From NCBI GenBank assembly GCA_903857825.1, contig CAIOGI010000003.1, positions 1 through 60,442 on the forward strand: DNA of 60,442 nucleotides. The letters are read 5' to 3'. The notes below the pieces were generated by a model, which was not told the DNA's origin, did no database searches, and was given only the letters and a program-made list of their open reading frames with translations. This document shows, one piece after another, positions 39,492 to 49,673 of the stretch. A program made the position numbers and the translations under genes. The DNA comes from Candidatus Tayloriibacteriota bacterium. Lineage in GTDB: Bacteria; Patescibacteriota; Minisyncoccia; Phycocordibacterales; PALSA-1337. How positions within the stretch are numbered: the stretch's first letter is position 1; each line of letters begins with the position of its first letter.

Positions 39492-39620
39492 TTACTTCTT
39501 CCCCTTATCTCCTCCCTTACCCCCCTTCTTATCGTCCTTCTTTTCCTTTGATTTAGTATGAGGACCAAAAAATAATAACCAGAATATTCCTACAGCTATA
39601 AATAGTCCTAAATTTTCCAT
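39492..39620 (-). CDS. 42-aa single-TM protein with Lys/Gly/Asp-rich tail (not in the ORF track)
   Basis: MENLGLFIAVGIFWLLFFGPHTKSKEKKDDKKGGKGGDKGKK; TATAAT 7 nt before the ATG. Confidence 0.65.
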   Translation of the reverse strand: MENLGLFIAVGIFWLLFFGPHTKSKEKKDDKKGGKGGDKGKK

Positions 39621-39667
39621 ATAGAATATTATAGCTGTAATTAGTAACTTATGCTAGGCTTATACTA

Positions 39668-40747
39668 ATGAATGAAACTACCTGGAAACTATTCACATCA
39701 AATAAAGATGCTTTAGAGGCTATGGTTCAAGCATGTGAAAATGCCAAGGAGACTATCGATCTCGAACAATTTATATTTGTACCAGATAGTTTTGGCAGTC
39801 AATTGATTGATATTTGTATTAAAAAAGCTTCCCAAGGGGTTAAAGTTCGCTTTATTTGGGACGCAGCAGGTAGTTTTACTTTATTCGGATCAGGAATAAT
39901 ACAAGACTTAAAGAACAAAGGAATTGAACTTGTCTTTTTCAAAACTCTTTTTCCTAATTTTTTTGATGTGCCAAATTATAGATCATGGTATTTCAGAAAT
40001 CACAGAAGAACATTAGTTGTAGATAAAAAGATCGGTTTCACTGGAAGTATATGCATTTATGAAAAAATGAAAGATTGGCGAGATACAAATGTAAAAATAG
40101 AAGGCCTCGTCGTAACAGATATGCAAAAAGCATTCGATAGAATGTGGGATAGAGCTCATGGTGTAAAATTACCAAAAATAAGACACGAGAAGACTAGTGA
40201 TCATGAGTTTAGATACATAAGCAATAATCCCATCCCCCGTCACAGAAGACTTTATCATCAAGTGATTGAAGCGATACGTAATTCAAGAAAATATATTTAC
40301 ATAACAACTCCATACTTTGTTCCAACAAGACATCTTTCTAGAGTATTACGCTTGGCTGCTCACCGAGGAGTAGACGTAAGAATAATGATGCCAAAATCAT
40401 CTGATCAAACATTCGTAGATCTGAGTTCAAGAACTTTTTTTCACAGCATGCTGAAATCTGGTGTAAAAATCTTTTTATATGAAGGAGAAATGCTACATAG
40501 CAAGACGATAGTAATAGATGGTGATTGGTCTAGTGTTGGCACATTAAATATGGACAATGTTAGTCTTCTATATAACTTCGAAGCAAATATAGTATCTAAC
40601 AATGGCAGATTTGCAGAGGAACTAGTATCACATTTCACGTACGATATGAATAAGTGTAAAAGACTAACTCTTGAAGAATGGAATTCTCGTTATTGGGTAG
40701 AAAAGTTTGCAGGATTCTTTATGAAGTTTATAAGAGGATTTTTCTAG
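39668..40747 (+). CDS. cls: Cardiolipin synthase-like phospholipase D
   Basis: RNHRR...D (first HKD motif degenerate) and LHSK...DG; TPYFVP motif. Confidence 0.85.
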   Translation: MNETTWKLFTSNKDALEAMVQACENAKETIDLEQFIFVPDSFGSQLIDICIKKASQGVKVRFIWDAAGSFTLFGSGIIQDLKNKGIELVFFKTLFPNFFDVPNYRSWYFRNHRRTLVVDKKIGFTGSICIYEKMKDWRDTNVKIEGLVVTDMQKAFDRMWDRAHGVKLPKIRHEKTSDHEFRYISNNPIPRHRRLYHQVIEAIRNSRKYIYITTPYFVPTRHLSRVLRLAAHRGVDVRIMMPKSSDQTFVDLSSRTFFHSMLKSGVKIFLYEGEMLHSKTIVIDGDWSSVGTLNMDNVSLLYNFEANIVSNNGRFAEELVSHFTYDMNKCKRLTLEEWNSRYWVEKFAGFFMKFIRGFF

Positions 40748-40787
40748 ACATCCAAAAGAAAATATGCTATAAATAAGGCTTCTTCAC

Positions 40788-41303
40788 ATGAGTATACAAA
40801 GAGTAAGAATAAATAACTTCATAAAGGCGCCAGAATTGCGTGTCATTACCGATGATGGTGAAAATCTAGGAGTTATTACTCTTGCTGAAGCTTTGACACA
40901 AGCTAAGAACAGAAACCTTGATCTTATTGAAATATCCCCAAATGCCACTCCACCTGTTGCAAAAATCATGGATTATGGTAAATTTCAATACGATGAAAAG
41001 AAGAAGCAGAAGGTAGCAAAATCCCGTACTCAGACTTCAGAACTGAAGAATGTACAGGTGAAAATCGGCACAGGAGAGCATGATCTCGAACTCAAAGCTA
41101 AAAAAGCCTCAGAATGGCTTAAGGACGGCAATAGAGTGAAGATTGACCTCTATCTAGTAGGACGATCAAAGTATATGGACATTAACTTCTTGAAGGAGCG
41201 AATGGAACGTATAATGAAACTTATTACAACTGAATATAAGGTTGTAGTAGCCCCAACAAAGGGCCTAAAGGGATTATCTGCTATTATAGAGGCCCAAAAA
41301 TAA
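40788..41303 (+). CDS. infC: Translation initiation factor IF-3
   Basis: LDLIEISPNATPPVAKIMDYGKF motif. Confidence 0.96.
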   Translation: MSIQRVRINNFIKAPELRVITDDGENLGVITLAEALTQAKNRNLDLIEISPNATPPVAKIMDYGKFQYDEKKKQKVAKSRTQTSELKNVQVKIGTGEHDLELKAKKASEWLKDGNRVKIDLYLVGRSKYMDINFLKERMERIMKLITTEYKVVVAPTKGLKGLSAIIEAQK

Positions 41304-41333
41304 GGAGCATAGAGAATATATTAATAAAACATT

Positions 41334-41525
41334 ATGAAAACAAATAAATCATATTTAAAAAGATTAAAAGTAACTAAAAGTGGCAAGATCCTTGCAAGAG
41401 CAAAAGGTCAAAATCACTTCAATTCAAAGGAAAGTCGTCGATCTCAATTATCAAAGAAAAGAAGCAAAGAGTTTCCAATGACAAATAAGGAAAAAAGTCG
41501 ATTCTTAATAAACGCGAGAGGATAA
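41334..41525 (+). CDS. rpmI: 50S ribosomal protein L35
   Basis: MKTNKS..KRLKVTKSGK; lies between infC and rplT. Confidence 0.92.
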   Translation: MKTNKSYLKRLKVTKSGKILARAKGQNHFNSKESRRSQLSKKRSKEFPMTNKEKSRFLINARG

Positions 41526-41546
41526 TTAATCAATTAAAATAATAAC

Positions 41547-41897
41547 ATGGTACGAGTAAAGAAAGGCGTAAATGCGCTAAAAACAAGAAGAAATATACTA
41601 AGCCAAGTAAAAGGCTATCGTTTTAATAGAAGCACAAAAGAAAGAACAGCTTATGAAGCTATTTCACATGCAGGTACTTATGCTTTTGCTCACAGAAGAG
41701 ACAAGAAGGGTGATTTCCGAAAGCTTTGGAATGTTAGAATCAATGCAGCCCTTAGAAACCTTGATGCAAAGTACTCATATAGCAAGTTCATTGGCAATCT
41801 AAAGAAAGCAAATATCGAGCTAGACAGAAAGATACTTTCTACCCTAGCGCATGAGAGCCCAAAGACTTTCGAGGTTATTGTGAAGAAAGTGAACTAA
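41547..41897 (+). CDS. rplT: 50S ribosomal protein L20
   Basis: MVRVKKG, FRKLWNVRINAA and LDRKIL motifs. Confidence 0.96.
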   Translation: MVRVKKGVNALKTRRNILSQVKGYRFNRSTKERTAYEAISHAGTYAFAHRRDKKGDFRKLWNVRINAALRNLDAKYSYSKFIGNLKKANIELDRKILSTLAHESPKTFEVIVKKVN

Positions 41898-42721
41898 ATT
41901 TTATTTGAAAGTTCCTTCAATTCCCTCCTCCTCTTTTGTTCTATTTTCTCTAGATCCTCTTCTGACTTAAGATTTTCTGGTATTATATTTCTACTTAATA
42001 AAGTTTTTCTAGTAGCTTTACTATTAGCAATAACTTCGTTTGATAGTTGAGGTAAACCTTTAAGATTCTTCTCTTTTATATTATGGTCTGTCATTGCCAA
42101 AGAAAAGTCTTTTGCTTTTAGTTCTACATGTGTATCAAAATCTGCTAATGCTCTACCTTTAGGTATATTTCTCTTCTTTCTTAGATCTACAGTACTTAAT
42201 CCGCCGTATAGAGCCTCTATATGTCTATTTTTAAATGTTGCGAATTCCACAGGCAGCCTTATCCCTCTTTCATAAATAGTTCTTTCTATTTTCTTTTCCG
42301 TCTCTTTTAATTTACCCCTTGTCTCTAATCTCTTGTCTTCGTATTCTCTTTGATCTAAAAGTTCTTGCCTTCTAGTCTGTGAAGCAAAATACGTTTGTGA
42401 TAGAGCAATCTGTGGTTTCCTAGAATCTCCATTTTGGGCTATTAAATAGCAAGCATAACGAGTTAATAGAATATCTTCTATTTGGCGTTGTGCTGTGGAG
42501 CCTGTCAATACCATTTTACCGGCGTGGATAAAATGGTCACCAACAATATATCCGCTGGTTTTACAAGCATCTTTTGCTTTCTCAATAACTTCTATAAACT
42601 TTTGCCACTTAACATATCCTAACACAATCATAAGTTCCCTAGCAGACCAATATTCAAAGTCTTTATCTTGTTTTTTAATAGAGTCTAAATCAGCTTGTAT
42701 CTTTAATATTATATTATTCAT
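41894..42721 (-). CDS. dinD: DNA damage-inducible protein D (BRO-N-like)
   Basis: EYWSAREL, LTRYACYLIAQNGD, YFASQTRRQE and ALYGG motifs. Confidence 0.85.
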   Translation of the reverse strand: MNNIILKIQADLDSIKKQDKDFEYWSARELMIVLGYVKWQKFIEVIEKAKDACKTSGYIVGDHFIHAGKMVLTGSTAQRQIEDILLTRYACYLIAQNGDSRKPQIALSQTYFASQTRRQELLDQREYEDKRLETRGKLKETEKKIERTIYERGIRLPVEFATFKNRHIEALYGGLSTVDLRKKRNIPKGRALADFDTHVELKAKDFSLAMTDHNIKEKNLKGLPQLSNEVIANSKATRKTLLSRNIIPENLKSEEDLEKIEQKRRRELKELSNKI

Positions 42722-42942
42722 ACTATTATTTTTAAATTAGATTAATAAAGTATGAGTAATTATACCCACCCTCATTTTTATAGGAAGTTCCATCTGAGAA
42801 TAATTTGTGTTACAAAAAGTTTAAACTATTGACAAGACAAACCATTCAGTATGTTCCAAAATAGAAATGACTGAATTTGAACTGTAAAGAATTACTTGTA
42901 GGTTCAACTTGTGCATTTATTGCACAAGTTCAGTATATACAG

Positions 42943-45900
42943 TTACCTACTCAAATTAATAAATTGTTTAGTTAATGGTCCAAAGTATCCAGTAGATGGG
43001 ATCTTGTTGTCCTTCTGGAATTTCATAAGGGCTTTTTTTGTAAGAGAACCGAACATAGTAGTTTCCTGTCCTTTTGATCCTGGTCCTGTGTTTGCTAGAA
43101 TGTAGCCTTTGGAGTTTAGGAAGATTTGTAATTGTTTAACATCATTACCTGTTTGACCGAGTTGTAGATATCTAGAGAAGGTTGGAGTTTTATTAGTTAC
43201 TGGAGCAACTGCTTGATTTGGTATTACTATGTTGTATTGTTGAGCAATTTGATTAGCTAATGTTGTGTTACCCATAGCCAGGAGATTGTTTACTCGACTT
43301 TGGGCTGTACCACCACTGGATGAAGGACAAGGAACTCTAAATGTTAATGTATCTGAATTTGTAGTATTGCTATTGTTATCTGTAGCTATTACATACCATG
43401 TATGAGTGCCACATGATAGGTGGTTTGATAATGTTATGGAATTTGTGGTAGATGATATGTTGTCTGCATTTAGAGTATTATCAATATATAACTGATACTT
43501 TGATATTCCTGATTCTGTATCTGTACTTGCATTCCATACTAGAGTTAGTGGATTACTAACATTTGCATTATTTACTGGTGTAGATAGAGCAAATGATGAT
43601 GGTGAGGTAGTATCTGGAGTTACTGTAAATGTATGAGTAGAAAATCCTCCAGAATAAGTGAAAGTGATAGTTCCTGAATAGTCAGCAACACAGATACTAT
43701 TTGAACAGTCAGTACCTGTAATAGTGGTCGTTGTGGCACTATCACGGGTGATAATGTATGACTTGTTGGGAACTAAGTCGCCTACTGCAAATATTGCTTG
43801 AGTATTTGATACCGAGCTAGATGCCACCCACTCCTTGTGATATGAGCCAGAGGTTTGCCAGTCCTGTATAAACACGTCAAGAGAGCCATTATTAGCTGTT
43901 ACGGCCAGATTGACTGAGTCTGTATTAGTTGGAATAGATGAATATGAAACATAATCTGTTGATGATGCGGTGTTCGTTACATTTCTGAATATTGTGCTAT
44001 ATCCACGAAATACACTTACTGTAGATGATCCTGTGGTTGTGATGGGCTCAGCGAACGAATATGGCCTTATCCTTATTTCATCAATATACACTGTATCCGA
44101 GATGGAACCCGGAATATTCATTATTGGTCTGATCTTGGCTAGGTTGTCAAAGCTCCCATTCGTTGGAGTCGATGAAGCGTATAACAACGTGCTACTACTG
44201 TTATAAATTGAAAACGAGAATCTGGCTTGCGTCGGAGCCGTTGTAGATCCCACGAAGCCAACACTTACGCGATACCAAACATTTGCCTGATATAAAATAC
44301 CAGTGTCCTTGGAACTTCCATAACCAGACGAAATATTGAAACGGCCATTAGTACCCATTCCTAGCGCCGACGCATACGAGCTCTGTCCAGTGCCATAGAG
44401 ATACATATTGAATGCAGCCGCTGGGCTGCTCGAACTTCTCTTTATCCAATATTCAAGAGTTCCAGATGTCACTGGGACAGGGTATGTATTTGCACCAGTA
44501 AAGCCATAGCCGGAGACTGTGGAAGTGGAAGTAATACTCATTGCTTTAGAGTTCAAATAAGTGTCGCTACTTACAAAAGCTATCCTACCAGGACCTTCTC
44601 CTTGCCATATTTGATTTGGAGGTACGGTAGCGGATGATACTGGACTCACAAGGCTGTCAATTACCCCTGGCGGTGTAATTAAAAGACTTGTACTCCAGCG
44701 TGTCGTGGCGTCAGCTATGGCCTTGATGCTTTGTGTCGCATAATACAGATATATTGATCCAGTAGTGGTAGCCATCCTAGTTACATCATCAGTTAAAACC
44801 TGTGGAGTATCTAGATTAAGACCGTCGGAACCATCTGCTTTGGGAAATATCATAGTCCTTACAAATTGTCTGTCTGTACTCAAAAAATATGGGTCTTTTG
44901 TATCAACATACAAGTCCATGCGAGGAGCACCTGGCCCCACGCTACTAATTGATGGCACCATCAAATAAAACGCGTTGTTATATTTAAACACACCTGGACA
45001 AAAACGATTCTTGAAAGGATCACTGTTAATTCCACTGGATTGAAAGACAGGGCTACTGCTAGAGTTCCAATTAACGAGATCAGTACTTGTGGCAACTCCA
45101 ATTTCACGATTGTCCCACCCACTGTAATACATATAATATATTCCTCTATCTTTTATAACACTATCGCAAGCTTCAAAGTTACGAACTGAACCTTGACTAT
45201 CATAAAATACCGGATTAGCGGAGTCCCTTGTCCAAGTATATCCATCCGAAGAAGTGGCGTGGCTAATGGCTCTATAAATTGACGAGGTCCCGACACCAAA
45301 CATCATATGATATACAGACCCTTCTTTCCAAGCAATAGGAGGGCGTAGAGCATATTCATTAACACCCATTATGGTCGTGGTTCCAATGACAGGATTATTG
45401 GAATATCTAGTCCAACTGATACCATCAGTACTAGTAGCCAGTCCGATCAAACCCCTATTTGAACCATTTTCTCCCCAATAATACATTTTGTAACTATTAT
45501 CGCCATCCTTCAAAACATGTGCAAACGTGCTTGAGTTCTTGTCCCACGCACTAGTGCTAGCAATTTGTGGAACAAACACCGCTGCATTGCCATATGTAGG
45601 ATTTATATATGTATTTGGCCATTCTCCCGGATTATAATCAGTGCGTCCTGCGGGGTAATTTTCAAAACCATCATAGAAAGTCGAAAAAGTAGTAGTTCCA
45701 TTACTCGTATTAGTAGCCGAAGCGTTACCGTAATAGATATATACTGTAGTAGAAGCAATCGATGACACTTGTGACATTTTTACCCAAACTGTTGCTGCAT
45801 TATTTGTTGCATTCCAATTCTCTATCCACAGAGGAAGTGGGGTTATTTTATCTGAGCCTGTAACTCGAAGATCAGTGCCACTAGGTAATGTCTTGGAGAA

Positions 45901-46164
45901 ATCAATGAAGTTCGTGGCTGTTGATGATGTTCCTTGTAAAATGATCTGTGCAACATAATTAGATGTAGTAGTCGCTATAGTGCCTACTATAATTGGGGTT
46001 CTATAATCCCAACCCGTAAGCCAATCTGATACCGCAAAGGATTTTGTAGGCAAAACTAAGATTATAGATACAAAAAAAGAAATCGCCATCAAAAACAAAA
46101 CACCGAACTTTTTACTTCTATTTCCGAGCGAAGCCTTTACTCTCTCTCTCGTAACTGCTTTCAA
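42943..46164 (-). CDS. Large secreted multidomain protein: DUF2341-like, beta-propeller glycosidase-like repeats, Ig/FN3-like, peptidoglycan-binding C-terminus
   Basis: Signal peptide; DLRVT..WIENW..VWVK..YIYYGN; repeated ATSTDG.SW..Y..NPV; DVKQLQIFLN...FG.LT..AL..FQ; start codon uncertain. Confidence 0.7.
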   Translation of the reverse strand: MKAVTRERVKASLGNRSKKFGVLFLMAISFFVSIILVLPTKSFAVSDWLTGWDYRTPIIVGTIATTTSNYVAQIILQGTSSTATNFIDFSKTLPSGTDLRVTGSDKITPLPLWIENWNATNNAATVWVKMSQVSSIASTTVYIYYGNASATNTSNGTTTFSTFYDGFENYPAGRTDYNPGEWPNTYINPTYGNAAVFVPQIASTSAWDKNSSTFAHVLKDGDNSYKMYYWGENGSNRGLIGLATSTDGISWTRYSNNPVIGTTTIMGVNEYALRPPIAWKEGSVYHMMFGVGTSSIYRAISHATSSDGYTWTRDSANPVFYDSQGSVRNFEACDSVIKDRGIYYMYYSGWDNREIGVATSTDLVNWNSSSSPVFQSSGINSDPFKNRFCPGVFKYNNAFYLMVPSISSVGPGAPRMDLYVDTKDPYFLSTDRQFVRTMIFPKADGSDGLNLDTPQVLTDDVTRMATTTGSIYLYYATQSIKAIADATTRWSTSLLITPPGVIDSLVSPVSSATVPPNQIWQGEGPGRIAFVSSDTYLNSKAMSITSTSTVSGYGFTGANTYPVPVTSGTLEYWIKRSSSSPAAAFNMYLYGTGQSSYASALGMGTNGRFNISSGYGSSKDTGILYQANVWYRVSVGFVGSTTAPTQARFSFSIYNSSSTLLYASSTPTNGSFDNLAKIRPIMNIPGSISDTVYIDEIRIRPYSFAEPITTTGSSTVSVFRGYSTIFRNVTNTASSTDYVSYSSIPTNTDSVNLAVTANNGSLDVFIQDWQTSGSYHKEWVASSSVSNTQAIFAVGDLVPNKSYIITRDSATTTTITGTDCSNSICVADYSGTITFTYSGGFSTHTFTVTPDTTSPSSFALSTPVNNANVSNPLTLVWNASTDTESGISKYQLYIDNTLNADNISSTTNSITLSNHLSCGTHTWYVIATDNNSNTTNSDTLTFRVPCPSSSGGTAQSRVNNLLAMGNTTLANQIAQQYNIVIPNQAVAPVTNKTPTFSRYLQLGQTGNDVKQLQIFLNSKGYILANTGPGSKGQETTMFGSLTKKALMKFQKDNKIPSTGYFGPLTKQFINLSR

Positions 46165-46292
46165 AATATTGTTTACTCATAAATAATGTATTAATTAGTA
46201 GTAGTATTATACACCAAAACCCACTATAGAACCCACCCCACAAATTTTGCAAATGTGGAAAAACAATGGAGTTATTTTTTATTTTAAATTAT

Positions 46293-49200
46293 TTATTTTT
46301 CCTCAGGCTTTATAAGCATTACGTACAGTAGTGGAACCGCAAACAACGTTAAGAATGATGAGAGTAGTAATCCGAATATCACAACACTGCCGAGCGCGGT
46401 CCATGTCTCATTTGAAAGAGTAATTGGTAGAATTCCAAATATGGTAGAGATAGATGTAATAGTGATCGCCTCAAGTCTAGACTTTCCCGCATCTATGATA
46501 GCTTCCACAAATGGGATACCAAACTTTATATTTAGATTCATTTTGTCGATAAGGATTATTGCGTTCTTCACGACGATTCCAAATAATGCGAGTATCCCTA
46601 TCAAACCAGGAAAACTCAGTGTAACATTTAGCAATGCCATACCGAAGAATACTCCTATTAGGGCCAGAGGAACAGTCACCAGGACGATTATTGTTTTTCT
46701 GAAAGAATTAAATTGAATCACCAGTGTAGAGATAATCAGCAATGCTGCTAGAAACATGGCGCGTATTATAGACATTACAGACTCTGTATTCTGTTCATTT
46801 TCTCCACCATAAATTATGCTATAGCCTTGTGGCATAACATACTCCTTAGCAACTTTTTTTGTAAAGTCTGCAACAACCTGATTTGAACTTGTCTTTGCGC
46901 CGATACTAGCTGAAAGTAGCACGGTTCTCTTTTGATCTACATGGGTAATAGCATTGACCGAGGGTATTAATTCTATATCTGCAATATCTTTTAGGTATAC
47001 AGCATTACCGAGAGGATTCAAGATCTGCGTATTCTGAATTGAAATTAGATCAGGTATCTTTTTTTCATCAAATTTAGCAATTATTTTTATTTCTTTATTG
47101 TCCCTTAACACTGTTGTCACCTCTGTGCCAGATATTGCTGTCCTGAGCGTAGAACCAACATAAGCAGAACTTAGTCTATACTCATTCATCTTTGCTTGAT
47201 CAAGTTTAAATGTGTATTCAGGCATTGTTTCTTTCAAAGATATGTCTGTACTTACAACACCATCAACAGAAGCCAGTATTGGCTCGAGATCATGAACAAT
47301 CTTATCAAGCATGGCTAGATCATTTCCTGAAACTCTAGCCTCAAAAGCTGCCCCACTTGGAGGACCACCTCTAGGTGCTTCTGCACTTACTTTTGCTTCG
47401 AAAATGTCTGCCATTTCCTTATTTATTTTTTCTGAAAGGACATAAGACTTCATTGATCTATCGTCTTTCAAAGAAACAACTATGGATGCGAGGTGAGATG
47501 AGGGAAGAGAACCTGGATTACCAACTATTGTGGAAAAATTAACGATATCGGTATATTTTAGTAATCTTTCTTCTACCTTTTTTACAACACCATCAGTTAC
47601 ATCCAGTTTTTGTCCTGGCGTACCTTCTATACTAATATAGATTGTCTCAAAGTCGGCCGCAGGGAAAAATTCGGAACGAACAATACCTGACACAGGCAGA
47701 GCTATAGCAATAATAAATAATATTCCTATATATATAACAGACTTCCTTCTATTTTCTTTAATAGTAATAATTTTCCTAAGATATTTTTCATAAATAGGCA
47801 GAACTCTATTCATATGAAACATGCCATGGATAAGGCGTCCAGCGAAACTATCATTCTCATGAGAACTCTGATCCTTTAACTTCTTTTTTATTAGTTCATC
47901 ACTTTTCCACTCCCCTTTACTCAAGATCTCATTTTGAATCATGATGCCCTTGCCACCCTTTTCATACCAGGAAACCATCCAAATCATTACTCCTACAAGG
48001 ATAATAGCAAAAATGAATGAAACCACTCCGCCTGTGTAGAACAAAATAGCCGATACGATCAGTAAAGATATTTCTATTAAGTAGAAGAATTTTCTTGTTA
48101 ATCTTATTCTCTCCAGCACAGCCGCAAGTGGATGATTCACCATCAATGCTATTAGCAGAGAACCTATCAAAGTTACAGATACAGTAATAGGTATAGACTT
48201 TATGAACTGTCCCATTATTCCTGTAGCCAAGAGCAAAGGCATGAAAGCCCAAACCGTTGTTAATGTCGTTGTAGTTAGAACAACTTTAAAGTCATTTAGC
48301 ACCAGAAGTACGGCCTCCTCGGGTGTGTACTTCCCAGTCTTCATGTATTGTTTAGTTGCAGAGACGACCACTATTGCATCGTCAACAAGGAGACCGAGCG
48401 AAAGAATTAAAGAAAATAATGAAAGAAAATTAAGAGTAATGCCAGTCATCTGCATGACACCGAATGTCAAGAAAAACACCAATGGTATTGCCAGAGCTGC
48501 TACAAATGCCTCTTTCAAGCCCACAACAAGAAACAATATACCACCAACAAGTATCAAGGTGAGCAAGAAGTCATGTGATAATTGTTTGAAATCACTATCA
48601 ATACCCTTTGCAAGATTCGAGGTCGCATCATACTTTATTCCCTCTGGGAAGGTTTTTAGAAGATTATCTACTATTTCTTTTGACTGTTTAACAGTGTCTA
48701 TAATAGACCCACCGGTACGTTTAATAACACTCAACGTTATAGCATCCTCTGAAGGTTCACCAGCAATTGATAATCTCGAGTAAATAGTCTTCTTGATCGC
48801 AGTTTCTGAAACATTTGCAATATCACGTAAAGCCACAACACTTCCTCCCGCCGTTCTCGACACAGGTAATTCACCTAGTGACTTGGCATCATAAAATCTT
48901 CCATCTGATCTAATGGCATAATTATAAACCTCTCCTTCAAAGTTTCCTGCGGGGATACCTAGGTTTGCAAGCTTAATAGCTTGATTCGCAGCATCAATAG
49001 AAACACCATAGAAAATTAATTTACTTGGATCATACTCTACTCTAAATTCTTTTTCATCTCCCCCAGAAAGTCTCACCTCACGAACTCCAGAGATCTTTTC
49101 TATTTCATCTCTTATTGTTTCCGCATATTCCCTCATTGCGAAGCCATTATATGGACCGGTTATAGATATTGACCATATAGGTGTATCGTCAAAGGATATT

Positions 49201-49661
49201 TCATTTACCACCGACTCACTTGCATCAGTGGGTAAATCATTTTTTACTGAAGTCACTTTGTCACGAAGCTTTCTTATTGAATCATTCAAGTCCTGATTTG
49301 CCTCAAACTCCACAGTGATGGCTGAAAAAGAATTTGCCGAGCTAGAACTGAGCTTTTTTATACCTTGCAAACTAGATATAGATGTTTCTAGCTTCTTCGT
49401 GACCAGTTCTTCTATGTCCGCAGGCGATGCCCCAGAGTAAACAGTACTCACAACTGCGATCGGTATTTTTACTTCTGGATTTGACTCTCTTGGTAAGATT
49501 GAGAACGAGTAAATACCCCAAGCAGATATAAGAAAGATTATTAAAGCTACAACTCTAAAGTTTGTAACAAAGAAGCTAAGCCAAGATTTACGTAAATCTG
49601 GATTAAATTCTAGTTTTTCCAAATATTTTAAATCTGAATTTTGATTATTATTTTCACTCAT
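46293..49661 (-). CDS. RND efflux transporter (AcrB/AcrD/AcrF family)
   Basis: YSGASPADIE, GLLVDDAIVV and GIVVKNAIILID motifs. Confidence 0.92.
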   Translation of the reverse strand: MSENNNQNSDLKYLEKLEFNPDLRKSWLSFFVTNFRVVALIIFLISAWGIYSFSILPRESNPEVKIPIAVVSTVYSGASPADIEELVTKKLETSISSLQGIKKLSSSSANSFSAITVEFEANQDLNDSIRKLRDKVTSVKNDLPTDASESVVNEISFDDTPIWSISITGPYNGFAMREYAETIRDEIEKISGVREVRLSGGDEKEFRVEYDPSKLIFYGVSIDAANQAIKLANLGIPAGNFEGEVYNYAIRSDGRFYDAKSLGELPVSRTAGGSVVALRDIANVSETAIKKTIYSRLSIAGEPSEDAITLSVIKRTGGSIIDTVKQSKEIVDNLLKTFPEGIKYDATSNLAKGIDSDFKQLSHDFLLTLILVGGILFLVVGLKEAFVAALAIPLVFFLTFGVMQMTGITLNFLSLFSLILSLGLLVDDAIVVVSATKQYMKTGKYTPEEAVLLVLNDFKVVLTTTTLTTVWAFMPLLLATGIMGQFIKSIPITVSVTLIGSLLIALMVNHPLAAVLERIRLTRKFFYLIEISLLIVSAILFYTGGVVSFIFAIILVGVMIWMVSWYEKGGKGIMIQNEILSKGEWKSDELIKKKLKDQSSHENDSFAGRLIHGMFHMNRVLPIYEKYLRKIITIKENRRKSVIYIGILFIIAIALPVSGIVRSEFFPAADFETIYISIEGTPGQKLDVTDGVVKKVEERLLKYTDIVNFSTIVGNPGSLPSSHLASIVVSLKDDRSMKSYVLSEKINKEMADIFEAKVSAEAPRGGPPSGAAFEARVSGNDLAMLDKIVHDLEPILASVDGVVSTDISLKETMPEYTFKLDQAKMNEYRLSSAYVGSTLRTAISGTEVTTVLRDNKEIKIIAKFDEKKIPDLISIQNTQILNPLGNAVYLKDIADIELIPSVNAITHVDQKRTVLLSASIGAKTSSNQVVADFTKKVAKEYVMPQGYSIIYGGENEQNTESVMSIIRAMFLAALLIISTLVIQFNSFRKTIIVLVTVPLALIGVFFGMALLNVTLSFPGLIGILALFGIVVKNAIILIDKMNLNIKFGIPFVEAIIDAGKSRLEAITITSISTIFGILPITLSNETWTALGSVVIFGLLLSSFLTLFAVPLLYVMLIKPEEK

Positions 49662-49673
49662 TTTTATTTGAAA

